64,000 bases of DNA. Origin: Nageia nagi (taxonomy: Eukaryota > Plantae > Pinophyta). Below the pieces are notes generated by a model. It was given only the letters and a program-made list of their open reading frames with translations. It was not told the DNA's origin and searched no databases. Position 1 is the stretch's first letter. The number at the start of each line of letters is the position of its first letter. Below, piece after piece: positions 1 to 12,216 of the stretch. Where the stretch lies: positions 38,130,001 to 38,194,000 of the forward strand of contig JBITNC010000002.1 in assembly GCA_050084985.1 (NCBI GenBank), in the 5' to 3' direction. A program made the position numbers and the translations under genes.

Positions 1-2521
1 AAAATAATGCAATGGTATTTTCCCTAAAACTTGTATGTTTTCAAAGGAAGGATGCAAAAGTGCACAAACCAATGAAGATAGCCCTTAAAGATCAACTCAC
101 AACACCACAAATGTATAGTCAACTTCGATTTTTGCTTTAACCACTTTGTATTGATTTATAAAAGAGTTATGTAGAAATAGATCAATTTGCTCCTCTTTTA
201 CAAATATTTCACTTTTCTCACAAAATGAGCTCTCTAGCAAATGAGACCCCATATAGACTTTTTTTGGAATTCCTAAGTCCTAACTTTGGAACAATTAAAT
301 GCTAAATTGAGATTACAGTTTCATTTAATGGGAGAAAAACACTCATCCCACTAATTTTGCTTTAAAATAAGCCATTTACAAAAATTTGGGCCTTCTTCAA
401 CGGATCTTGAAGCCATTGTAGATGTTTTTGAAGCTTTCTGCATGTATTTTGGAGATGAACGGTCATGACCTCACTTCCAATTGTGCATGTTTGGTTATTT
501 TGCAATGCTTCCAAGGTTAAAGATGCCAAATTCAAGGTGCTTGACAATACCCATGTTTTAGAATTTGATTTTGAACTTTTTTTGTCGAAATAACCTCGTT
601 CACATTGGTGGAAGGTAAGTGGTTCATGCCTTTTGAGATCCTAATGGGGCTAAAATGGCCACCTAGGCATAAAATGCTAATTTTTTTCCTTTTTTCAAGA
701 TTTTCAAGGGCAATGCACATGGAACTTCATCCTATAAATGATCTTCAATTTTCACTTTTTTCTTTTTTGAAAAAATGAAGGTTTTTAGCCTTCAAATCAT
801 GGATCTTGAGAATTTTTCATGTTTTTCTTCACTTTTTTAGATCCAAACTATTTCTCTACACAATGGAAATGGGTATTGAAATCCATTCTCCAAATTGATT
901 TCTAAAATTTTGGATTTTTACACCATTTTCCATGTGTTTTTCTTCAAAAATGCATGCTTGGAAAGCAATATGAGAGGTTTGTGATGAAAATGAGGGGTTT
1001 GGCTTGTATTTTGAGGGTTTTGAACTCATTTCTCACCTCATAGGCATTGGATTTGGTCCTTTCCTTCTTGAGGGGGCATTTTGGATGCTCTATAGGGCCA
1101 TTTGCATGCTTGGTGGAGGTTTTGCTCCTTGAAGATGCAACAAAAGGGGGGTAAAGGGAGAAAAACTGCACCTAGCCACCCTTTGTATGGTTTTACTCTT
1201 TTTTGGAAAATTCCAAGGCAAATGTGCTAGTTCCTTGGTGCTCCATCCTCTCATGCCTTTGAACTTTGATTTTAAAAAAATGGCCAAAATGACCCTTTTC
1301 ACATTAGTCAATAGGGTTTTTCACTACTTTGCAAAATGAGTAAATTAGAAAATGTGCGCCTAGGGAGGGGAGGTAGGAAATTTGGTTATCTTGGATTTTC
1401 CTTATGCCAACATGATGGAAATTTCATTGTGCTCATGCTTATGACTTCAAATTTTATTTTTAAAAAATGCCAATTTGCAAGGTTTTCACTCCTCAAGATG
1501 TATGTATTTGCATGCTAAATAGGGGAAAAGATGGAAAATGTGCGCCTAGATGGGGGAGGTAGCAATTTTGATAATTTTGAATCCTTCCAAGAGCAAAGAT
1601 GTCCAATTTTTCATGCTCCAACATACCCATGTTTTTGTTTTTTTGATCAACCAACTTGAAACTTTGAAGTTTTTCTCTTGCACAAGCATGCTAGGTGCAT
1701 GTTTTCTCCTTTTGAGGGTGGTAAACCTGGAAATCAGCACCTAGGTGGGAGAGGTGGAGTTTTGGTGCAGTTTGGAAACTTGCAAGAGAAAATAAACTTG
1801 ATTTTTGATGCTCTACAATACCCATGTCTAGGAATTTTGAGTGGACAACTTGGATTTTTGAAATTTTTTATTTGCACCACCATGCTAGGTGTTGATTTTC
1901 TCTTTTAGAGGCCTTAAATACAAAAAATTTGCGCTTAGGTAGGGTATCTTTACATTTTGCATCAATTTTGCACAAAAGACCATCTTTTCTTTGTAGGCAC
2001 AATCCATCTCTCGTTGAAGCCATTAAGACCATAAAAAATTGATTTTAATCCTTTAGGAAGCATCTTCGATCCTTTTCACCAAGTTCCAAGGCCAAACATG
2101 CCTTATTTTGGATTGTCTACAATCTCATGCTATCAAGCTTTGAATTTACCATGAAATCCCATCTTATATCTTTATCAAGTGCATGTCTTCATCCATTGAC
2201 CATTTCCAAGAGCAAAGGTACTTAATTTCCCATTTTGCACTTGGCCAATCTTTAAAAATGTGCTCACTACTTAGAAACGCCATTCTATGGAGTTATGAAT
2301 TTTGAAAGCTCCAAAATTTATACTTTGGCACATTGAATTGTCTCACAACATCCCGTGAATAGCCTTTGTGGACCATCTTTAGCAGTACTATTTCTTTTAG
2401 AACACTCTTTGTCATCCAGATCGACTCCCTTAACTATCTTGCTCAAAAAATGGATCTCCAAATTTGGAAAAATAGGGTCCCCAAAATATTGTATTTTGGG
2501 GTGTGTTGTGCGGGCACAACA
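1..2521 (-). mobile_element. Partial LTR-retrotransposon-like element; terminus at 2521, continues past the window start
   Basis: The reverse complement of 2470-2521 (TGTTGTGCCCGCACAACACACCCCAAAA...GGGGACCCTATTTT) matches 5285-5340. It starts with TG and has recurring (G)TGCGCCTAG/CTAGGTGCA motifs. Confidence 0.55.
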
Positions 2522-3885
2522 GAATGTAATAAGTATCATGAATCTCTTTCTTACCTTGTTTAGTGTACACCTAGATCAGACTTTTTGCTGCTACCTCCAA
2601 ACCCTTGTTGTCATCAAGTTTCATTTTGGTCTTTTACTTCTTGTCAATATTAACATGCAACTCTTTGGTCCCTGTCATGTGGTTGGAGCAGCTTGAATCT
2701 AAATACCAAGGTTTTTGAGAAATCCTTCAGCTCTGTCATATGTTAAAAACAGTTTGCTTGAATCTTCCTATCATTTTCATTGACATAGTTTTGGCAGCCT
2801 TAATTCTACATTTGTTTCAAAATGAACAAATTTTTTGTGATGTTAATATTGGACATTTCTTTTACATAATCTTCCTCTTTCTTTACCAACACGGCCTTCT
2901 CTTTTTTCTGACCTGAGTCTGTTGCGATCTGATTCTGAAATCCAAAGATCACAATATGGATATTTCACAACATGTAGTGGATTAGTTAAGAGTGAGAAAT
3001 CAGGTTGACACTTGTGCAGTATAGAACAGAGTTAAGAGAAGACTTGAAATTTGTTGTTTTCTTCCTTTTTTATCAGCATTACCATTCCAACACTTGTTAA
3101 TTTGCTTTGTCTAATGCCCGACATGATTGCATTATTCATGATCAGGTGTTCCCTGATCATGATAATGATCAGGAACATAATAAAGATGGATATTGACAAT
3201 GCAAATGAGCAATTTACGTAAACAATTTGCATGAAATGGACACATGAAAATGGTGTGATGAACAATAACAATATTCATGACCATTGCTGATCAAATGCCC
3301 TCTCAATGTGCATGTACATGCAACTATGCATATCATTTGTAAATATCTTGTTTCATTGGTATTACAAAAAATGCAAAATGACTACTCTCTTTTGCAAGTC
3401 ATCTATAACCATTTCCGCTTTGGACCCCTAGAGAAGTTGTTATCACACTATTTAATATCCAATGATGTCCATGGTGATTGATGAAATACATTCAGATTGA
3501 TGGGATGAGCGTCTAATCCTTGATTCCTGTTATGGCTTTATGTGGATTTCTTCTTCAAGTCATTTTGGGTGCATAACTTTAATGGGGTTTCTTCACTACC
3601 ACATACACATTTTCTGGAATAAGTTATTTGAAATTGTAGCTTTCCTTTTAACAACTGGACACTTGTTGTCTTTGCCATACTAACCCAAGGTTTCTAGGAT
3701 CATCTCTAGAGCCCCTTGTATGCTTGTGAGTTGCAATATAGTTGAATCCAAATGAGTAGATTGTCTAGTCTTTGCAACTCTTCGAGTTTTCATGGGTCTT
3801 CCAAGTTCAATGAGTCTAGCTTTTGGACTTGATGAGTCTCTCTCAATCCAAAAAAGGAGAAAAAGCTAAAGAAAAAACAAAAAAT

Positions 3886-4794
3886 CAGGGATCCACAGGA
3901 ACGCTTTCTTCCCTAGAGGAGGCATTCACCCATTTTGGGAACACAAAAATGCCTTGGGGAATGTCTCCTTGTCGCTCCCTTTTTTGGGGAATGAAACGAA
4001 ATTGTTCTTGAGAAGTGGGGAGTTGTTTACAGACGTCACTCCTATTGGGAATGCCCCAAGGAATGTTTGGTTGTTCCTAGGAGGGGTTGGTTGTTCCTCG
4101 ACCGCTCCTAGGAATGGTCAAGTGTTCCCTACAAAATTTGGGCATTTGTGCTTAAAACAAATTTAAAAAATCAGTTAAATTTTAAAAACTTTGGCATTTT
4201 GCTATTTGACATATTCATGTCAAAATCTAGTCTATGTATTTACTATTTAGTTTTACTACTATGATTTCAGAATTACTGTATTTTCCTCAATTGTTCTTGA
4301 GAATGACTAGACGGTCTCTGCTAAATCTAGGCATTTGGGCTTGAAAAATATTTAAAAATCACTTTAATTTAAAAAACTTTGGCATTTTTCTATTTGACAT
4401 ATTCATGTAGAAGTCTAGTCTATCTATTTACTTTTTAGTTTTACTACTATGATTTCAATATTATTGTGTTTCTGATTTCACATCTATCATTATGTACTAG
4501 GCTGATTTAAACTTAATGACATTATGTCTTATGATCATTGATAATGGCCCATTTTGATATTTTGATTCATACTTGATTTTTAATTTCAGTTGCAAGTTTT
4601 GTATACACGATTGAATTGATAATAATAATGAATTTGAAACAATGAAATTTCAAAAGTCTGAAAATTCCAGGGATTTTTTACTAGTATTATATTTGTCATC
4701 CCCCTATCGTTCCTGGATTGTTCACCAAAAATGACCTCCTTGGGCCCCAGTCTTGGGAATACGTTCCCCATTCCTAGGCCCTTGTGGAACCTTA
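3886..4794. mobile_element. Non-autonomous hAT-like element (MITE), about 0.9 kb
   Basis: Imperfect TIRs CAGGGATCCACAGG / CTTGTGGAACCTTA. Flanks caaaaaat / caaaatag match at 6 of 8 positions. Subterminal GGGAA/TTCCC motifs and an internal direct repeat of about 145 bp (about 4141-4283 vs 4331-4471). Confidence 0.6.
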
Positions 4795-5284
4795 CAAAAT
4801 AGTATTAAAAATACATGTTCTGAGATATGTTTGTTTGGAATTTTTAGTTGATTTATAATATTTATTTTGTTAATGGTGTATGTTATTAACACTAACCCAC
4901 TGATGGCAATAGAAGAATAGCATTTACTTTCTTGAAAATTGATAAGTCTACGTTTTTTTGGTCGTCAAGTTTGCATCAAGTTTTCTTTTTCTGAGTTTTT
5001 TCACGAAGTCCAAGTTTGTGAAAAATAGGCTTGCTGAATTGGAGACGATTTCAAGTTTCTTATAATATGGACTTGATGAATAGTCATTATCGCAAGTATG
5101 CCTCAAAGTTTGTTTTGGCGACTCAAAAGCAAGAAAAAGAATGATTCAGAAGGGTTTTGCTTCTTACATACAACTTAAGAAATCACTAAGAACCCTGCAA
5201 AAGGAGTTTTATGCTCTGAAACCTGTAAGTTTGTGAGGCCTTGAAATGAAACTATCAACTGTAGACAACCTTACAACTAGGTAT

Positions 5285-7300
5285 TGTTGTGCACGCACAA
5301 CACACCCCAAAATTTCAAATTTTGAGGACCCAATTTTGGCCAAAACAATGAAGGAAATTGTTTTGGAAGCACAAGGAAAAAAATGTTTTTTTGATGCCTT
5401 AAGGGAATGAAGATAGAAAAAATGTCAAAATTCAAGCCAAAGATCTGCATTGAAAATTCAAATTTTCCTAAATTCACATTTTAAGAGGGTCTTAGAGTGG
5501 TCAAAAAGCAAATTTGCATCATTTCAAGGTCTTAAAAATGTAAGATGTCTTTCTGGTGCAAAATAGGCCAAGTCGCATCATTTTGAGACCGTAAAATGTA
5601 AAATGTCTTTCAGTGCAAAATTGGCCTAATTGCCTCATTTTGAGATGATAAAAAGACCAAGGAAGACACTCATATAATTTTGGATCCTTACAAGGCAAAA
5701 GGAGCAAATTCGCACCTCATCAAAGTCTTAAAAAAGTAAGAAGTCATTTTGGTGCAAAATACACAAACTTGCATAATTCACAAGGATTAAAATGTTAAGA
5801 TGTGTGGTAGGTGCAAAAGCGCTCTAGTTGCATCACTTTGAACCTTTAAGAGTTGAGATTTTTCCAAGTGCGAATCCCCTCCAGTCGCACCATTTTGGAC
5901 ATTTAAAACACCTTGACTTGGCCTCCTTAGCCAATAAATAGCCAACACTTGTCCAAAGTGGGAGGAAATGCCTATAAATACCCCTCTAAGTCTCTCATTG
6001 TTACATCATTCACATAGTTGCTCCCAATCACACCAAAACTAAAGCTTAAAGCTCCCATTACAAGTCGCACCAAAGAGACATCTTAAAATTCTTCAAGGAA
6101 ATTCGAAACAAGATCAAAATCACCAACCAAATCTTTAAAGAACAAAGTTGAAAAAACAGGTCAGAAATCATAGTTCGCATGTTTTCCAAGTTTTAAAAGT
6201 TAAAGACTCTTTTTTAGTGCGAAAATTCAAAAGTTACTCTTGCTTGTTCGCACCATTTTGCTACCTTCAAAGTTTGAGATTCCTTCCAAGTGCGAAGACC
6301 TGAGATTACCCTTGCCAAGTTCCACCATTTAGTTGCTTTAAAAGACTAAGACCTTTCCTAGGTTTGAACAAAGCAGACTCTGCCTATTTGCATCATTTCC
6401 TTTCCTTAAGAGTTTAAGACTCCGCTTAGGTGCGAAAATCCACTCTTCCAGTTTTCATGTCGCACCATTTTCACAACATAAAACCTTAAAACTTGAAGAG
6501 GGTGCGAAACTGACAAATCTGAACAACAAAGGCTGAAACTTAGTCCGATTCCAAAGCTCCCTATTCGCACTTTGCATCCAAGACAAGTCTTAAAAACTTA
6601 ATCCTTCTTGTGGTGTGAAAGGGCTGAAACTTGCCTTCTCCAAGTTGCACATGTGTTTATGCTTAAAACTGTAAAAAAAACGTTCTAAGTGCGAATGACC
6701 CCTACCCATTTCGCATGATTTTGAGCTCTTAAAACTGTAAATTTTTTCTTAAGTGCGAAAGTTACCTCATTCCAGCTCCTTAATCACATCATTTCCAAGG
6801 TTTAAAATTTTAAAACTTTTTTAACTGCGAAAATTACTTTTTTGATCCTCTTCAAGTCACACCATTTCACCGTCTTAAAAATGCAATCCTTCAACGTGGT
6901 GCAAAAATTAGAAATGAGCCTCTCAAAGCCCCATAACGGTATCCCATTTCACTCAAAGCCATCCAAACATATCCAAGCTAATCCTTTGTTTGTTGTAATA
7001 GGTACTCTTACAAATCTAAGATGAGTTCTTTGAGAGCCAAGGAGATGAAAGATAAAGAAAGGCAATTGGCCACATTAAGGAAAGAGTGTCGGATAGAACT
7101 TGAGAAACAAGGCAAGACCATACCTCCAGAAGCTCATTTAATCTGGCACATATCAAAGATACATATTGTTCTCATATTGATCCCATGAAAATGTTAAGTT
7201 CCATCTTACAGATGAAAAAAGAGTTGAGAGATGAGAGAAGACACACTACTAAGTTCTGTGCTCATCACTGTGATAGTCGTACCTTTTGCTGCCCTCTTTC
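5285..7300 (+). mobile_element. LTR/leader region of a Gypsy-like element with a degenerate hairpin-unit array
   Basis: Starts TGTTGTGCACGCACAACA; TATA box CTATAAATACCC near 5972; repeated TCGCACC...GGTGCGA units over 5510-6905. Confidence 0.55.
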
Positions 7301-7303
7301 CAG

Positions 7304-7966
7304 AGTTGATCCTTAAAAAAGAGTGGACTACCCCCTTCTTAACGGAATTAATTCACACTTAAACAATTCAAAGAATAAGTGCTTGCAGATTTAAAAGAAT
7401 AGCAATAAGAGACAATAATCACACAATACAATCACACACAATAAGAGACAAGATATACCCTAATTCGGCCCTCTCCAGCCTACATCCAACAAATATGCTC
7501 ATCTTGCAAAATGGTGAATGGTGATTACAACATGCCACTATGGGCTCTTCTCTCTTCACTACTTCTCTTGCTTGCTAGCTCCTCTTGGGATTAGCATAAA
7601 GACCTTGATAGTCTCCTTGCAGCTCGTAGACTTGCAAGTCTTTGTACTCCTGTGCATACACTCTAAAAATTCCCGACACTGAAGAACTCTTGATGATCCC
7701 TCGTGCACTTCCTATTTGCCTCATTTTAATCAAAACTGACGGGCTAAGTTTGGAGTGTTACAATTTAGGAGAAATAACAAGAAAATGGTATTTTTGAAAA
7801 CCCATTATCCTCAACTACCCTTGATCCAAGTTTGATGCGTTTTGGTAAGCCAATCTCTCAATATTGGAGTCCCAATATCCACTTACACTCTCTGGAATAT
7901 TTGTACGTTTACAAAATAAACACAACCCAAAAATAGACCCTTGAACCAATAAATAAAATCCTAACA
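7304..7966 (-). mobile_element. Possible Copia-like LTR fragment
   Basis: Ends ...CCTAACA (TGTTAGG on -) and has an LTR-like CA-rich tract followed by taattcggccc. No TSD identified; the left edge is approximate. Confidence 0.35.
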
Positions 7967-9429
7967 ACATTGGAAGGATTAAATTTAATCGAATCCCTTT
8001 AAATTGGGCGGATCCAATGTAATTGCGCCACTTAGCAACTTGCTCAAGGAATAGTCAAAAACTTTGACTAGCGGCTAGGAGGCATTTGAAAATGTTAACT
8101 AATGGTCTATTTGAGGCGGCTAAATAGCTGGTCGTAGGTGGTCTATTTCCCCAAGGCGGGGTCTGTAGATACTTGCCATTGGCGGCTTTGTCAAGCAATT
8201 CTTCCGACGAATGGGTGGGTGAATTCCATTGGCAAGTGATGTAAGTAGCTGGCATGATGGCTCGTGCCTTCCCGTTCCGTGTTCTCCTTCCATTTGCTCC
8301 TCTGTGGACTCCTCCTGGCGGACTCGATAGCGGACAGTGCAACTCCACATGGCATTCGAAATGGCTAGTGAAACACCCCATGTTATCTCCCCCATCAACC
8401 TCCATGTTGGCGGTTAGTTGGATGACCCCGCGCTATTTTAGTATGTCATCTTCCATTTTCATTCATGGAGATCTGATATCACCAACAGGTTTGTTATTGA
8501 TGATTCACCAATATTGAAACTCTTCACCAATATTGAAACTCTTCACTTGCATCATAATCTTCCTACACTGGATTCTTCAACAAATTTACCTCTTTCCAAA
8601 ATAATATATCTCCATATGTGCGAGTTTAATATTAGCACCCTCTACCTCTGCCAAAATGTCACCAAAATGGACGACGTTGAGATTTCCATAGTCATCATAG
8701 CTTCAGCTGAAACAAATAATCTCAACAAATTATCTCTTATTCTATTTATGGATACGAGATCTGCTTATTTGTCGGTCATCCCATATGAGTTTGGCTGGCA
8801 AAGTATACTGAGTGTAACACCATACTAATCTCCACATGGTCTGGCATCCGCGTCTAAATCTTCATGTTTACTGTTTGCAGGCTTATTTTAGAGTTTACGA
8901 TGAATTCCAACAAACTCCATTGCCATTATATATATATGCTGGCGTCTCCACATAGATTAATCCTTGGCATGTTATAAAAATCCATTCCATATAAACAGAC
9001 TCCATATTAAAAGCTGATTTGTCCATCCTCCATTGGTAATAAATAGTTAAATCACCTTTGAATTTAGCCGCTACTTTATTTCCATAAAGTAATATATATT
9101 TCCTTTCATATAAAGACAAAAAAAAATGCTTTTTGTGGATTTGACTTTTACTTTATAAATAAAGTAATATCCTTTTATTTTTATGATTTAATTGAAATAT
9201 GCTAATATTTAATTTCACTAAATATAATTTTTGCAAATTTATACAAAATAAATATTTAAATGAAATTTAATATGTTACCTTCGAATTTCAAAGTGGCATA
9301 TCTTTCAAACTGGAGATTGTTTTTCCACAAACGAATAGTCGTTGAAATCATAGAGATGAATACTTTTCCATGGAGAGCATTATATTTGTAAAAAGAGAAC
9401 TTTTAATATTTCACCATAACGGATCCAAT

Positions 9430-11900
9430 TTTGGATCAAGAGTTTTGTTATGAGGTTGGAAAACATTGCAACCTAGAGAAGAGGACCCTCTTTGATATAA
9501 AATGCAATCAAATCTTAGATTTTAGGCTTTAGCAAGGAGGGAATTGAAGAAGCATTTGGGTTGTCCAATGAAGGGATCATGTACACTAAAGACAATCCCT
9601 TGAATATTACCAACAGTTGATCATGCCTAGTAACCTGCTCAGGGATTGGTTGCACGAAGATTGCAAATATTTCTATGGGCAAATTCTAATCAATGCCAAA
9701 CATGGGTGTTTCTATCCCACTATATCCAAAATAATCAACTTATTATCTAGGGTCACTTTAAAGGAGGATGATTCTAAATTCATGAAGGAATTCATGGGGT
9801 TCATCTTCTAGATTATCATTAGAAAAATAATCATGTGGAGTCAGGTTATTTGTGATGACATGGCTAGAGAATTGGCTTACATAGGGACAACTAAGAGATT
9901 CTTCATGAATACCTATCTAGCGTACCTACTTCTACATGGCAAGTAGAGGACTCCCGCACATGCCAATTTGGAGACCTTGGTAGATTCAAGAAATCTTGTG
10001 TGGAGAAGTTATCCCAAATGGTGGGATGTGAAGATATGGGATTACTATACTATGAAAAATGATAGATGGGAGTATTCCATTGAAGTAAATGAGTTGGTAA
10101 AGAGGATTTCTGATTCCACCATGGAAGCCATTAGAGGACATGCTCCTTTCTACTTAGAGAACCCAAATTCCACATACATCAGGGTATACGGGTCAGAGAA
10201 GGCTCCTTACTTGTTGCCTAGGTATGCAAGCAATCAATTGGTGTTGTTTGAATTTTGCAAGCAGTTGTTATTCTTACATGACAAGGTTTGGAAGAAAAAG
10301 TCAGCCACCATCAATTTGCCTATCATCATTGGGGAGTATGCATGTACCTCTTGGATCGAGGCTAAGACTATGAGAGAAGAATCAGCCCTTTATGCATTCC
10401 AAAACGAAAAAAAGATTGAGACAATATGATCCAGAAGGAAATATGGATAAATTTTACAAAAAGGCCTTTAGACAAACTTACATTCACAAGCGCTTGGGAG
10501 ATATAGAAAAATACATAAATTTAAGAGATGAGAAGGAAATTTAGAGAATGCATGCAATATTGGCAAATGCTAGAATGAAGATTGAGAAGAAGAACAAAGT
10601 AAGCCAAATGAAATCTTCTTTAGCTACAAACATAGATCCATTGGTGGGGGAGAAGTCCACCTCATCTTTCGTGCTAAAAAGACAAGGATATACATACCAA
10701 TATGCTACATTGGGCAATTCAGTGCAATCCGTTCAATCCATCGTCCAAGAGATTAGAGAAGATATTGGTGTTATGAATGAGTAGGATACATTTCATACCC
10801 CCTCAATGTACTTGAATAAACAAGAACAAGCATTGATATAGGCCCAACATGGGAGGAGATGCCAAATCTCTCTCATAGTCTTGGCTCATCGTCTTCTAGC
10901 TCCAACAAAAGAAGACAAAGTACAAGTGAAGAGGATGAATCTAGCGAGGTAGATGTCAGCAATGGTATGGAAACTGATTCTGATGAGACCATCATGGTGG
11001 ATGATAATGTGGAAGAAGATATGAGGCCTGCATCATCTAAATCTTTTATGCCTCATAACAAAAAGAAATCATTTGCACCCAAAATGAAAGCTAAGAGGAC
11101 ATATTAAAGAACTCCCAAATTAGGGGGATTAGCTTCTACTTCAAGAGGAAGTGGAGAAGATGAGGAAGATGATGGTGAGTATGAGGAACGATGCAAGAAG
11201 AGGAAACAAACCTAGCATGAAGGCATAGAGGTGATAGTGGTCAAAGACCTATTAGAGAGACTTCAGCTTGGAGTGGAGAAAGACTAGGGTTTTGACATGT
11301 ATGCTTGCATTAAAGCTTTGCAAGTGGACAACTTGAGTGAGGAAGATGAAGAGTTAGACCACAGGGCAGAAGGTGAATCTACATTGGTTTGTGAAAACGA
11401 CACTTTCATCACCATGAAGGACAATTCATTTGCCATCAACAAAGTCTTTTCTAAGAATAATTACCCCTAGGGAGTACAAGATCTGAGAGTCCACACTCGA
11501 ACTAGAAATGGGAAAGATTGGTTGGGTTGTAAGGAAACATAGCATCACTGCCAATGCAACCACCATAGAGAAAGGAGGAGCCCAAAAGGATCAGGCAATT
11601 AGGGACTTGAGGAAAGAGTTGACCGAAAAGAGAAAAGTGGTCAAAGAGATTGAAGTTGCCAAGATGAGGCTTGAATACATCAAGCTATAGGTTTCATTGA
11701 ATGCGGGAATGACAACGATGAAAGAAACTTTGACCAAAGAGACCTTGGATGCCTTATAAAAACTCTCTTCCCAAATAACCAATCTTCTGGCAAAGGAAGT
11801 AGAGATAAACACCAGGAAAGGAAAAATCTCAGAATTACTAAGAAGATGGGGTGAAAGCTACCAAATGATAGTGGTGCTATGGGAAAATTCAATTTATAAA
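9430..11900 (+). pseudogene. Decayed retrotransposon accessory ORF (non gag/pol)
   Basis: A chain of + strand fragments (9617-9811, 9968-10429, 10548-10784, 10859-11107, 11508-11690) broken by stops and frameshifts. Includes YIRVYGSEKAPYLLPRY, an acidic/Ser-rich stretch and a coiled-coil-like end. Confidence 0.55.
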
Positions 11901-11969
11901 CCAAGGAAATTGGATTATTGGTAGGAATTTCTCTTTCACTTTGATTGGTGTCCAATATGCTATTTTTGA

Positions 11970-12216
11970 TGTTACAATGAGGCTTGGGATTCCCACAATC
12001 ATCTTAGGATCTATAAGTGCATTAGTGAAAAATTAAATAATACATCCTAGCTTGGGAGGAAAACGTCCCTCATGGGGCTCACAATGTGGGTCCAACTGAC
12101 CATTATATTTCTATCCCAAGTAACTAACAACAAATACATGAATAAATAAAATATTTACAAAAGGAAATCCCTAGAATTCCAAAATTATTTATTTTTTAGA
12201 AAAAGGGGATGTTACA
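11970..12216 (-). mobile_element. Gypsy LTR 5'-end fragment, same family as the LTR end at 62946-63185
   Basis: About 245 bp aligns by eye with 62946-63185 (ggattcccacaatcat; ggggctcacaat.tgggtccaa; accattatatttctatcccaagtaa). Ends GGGATGTTACA, which is TGTAACATCCC on -. Confidence 0.75.

Noticed and set aside
2913-2975. LSLLRSD as a possible upstream RH58 exon
   Set aside because: The following residues do not give the expected ..IIFVxEQ, and no fitting splice sites were found.
3290-3350. Possible SWIM zinc-finger relic (CTC...ICKY) of a Mutator-like transposase
   Set aside because: It needs a frameshift, lacks the His, and no other MULE motif was confirmed.
5510-6905. CRISPR- or attC-like array
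   Set aside because: Eukaryotic retroelement context, no cassette ORFs or integrase, and the spacers are homologous to each other.
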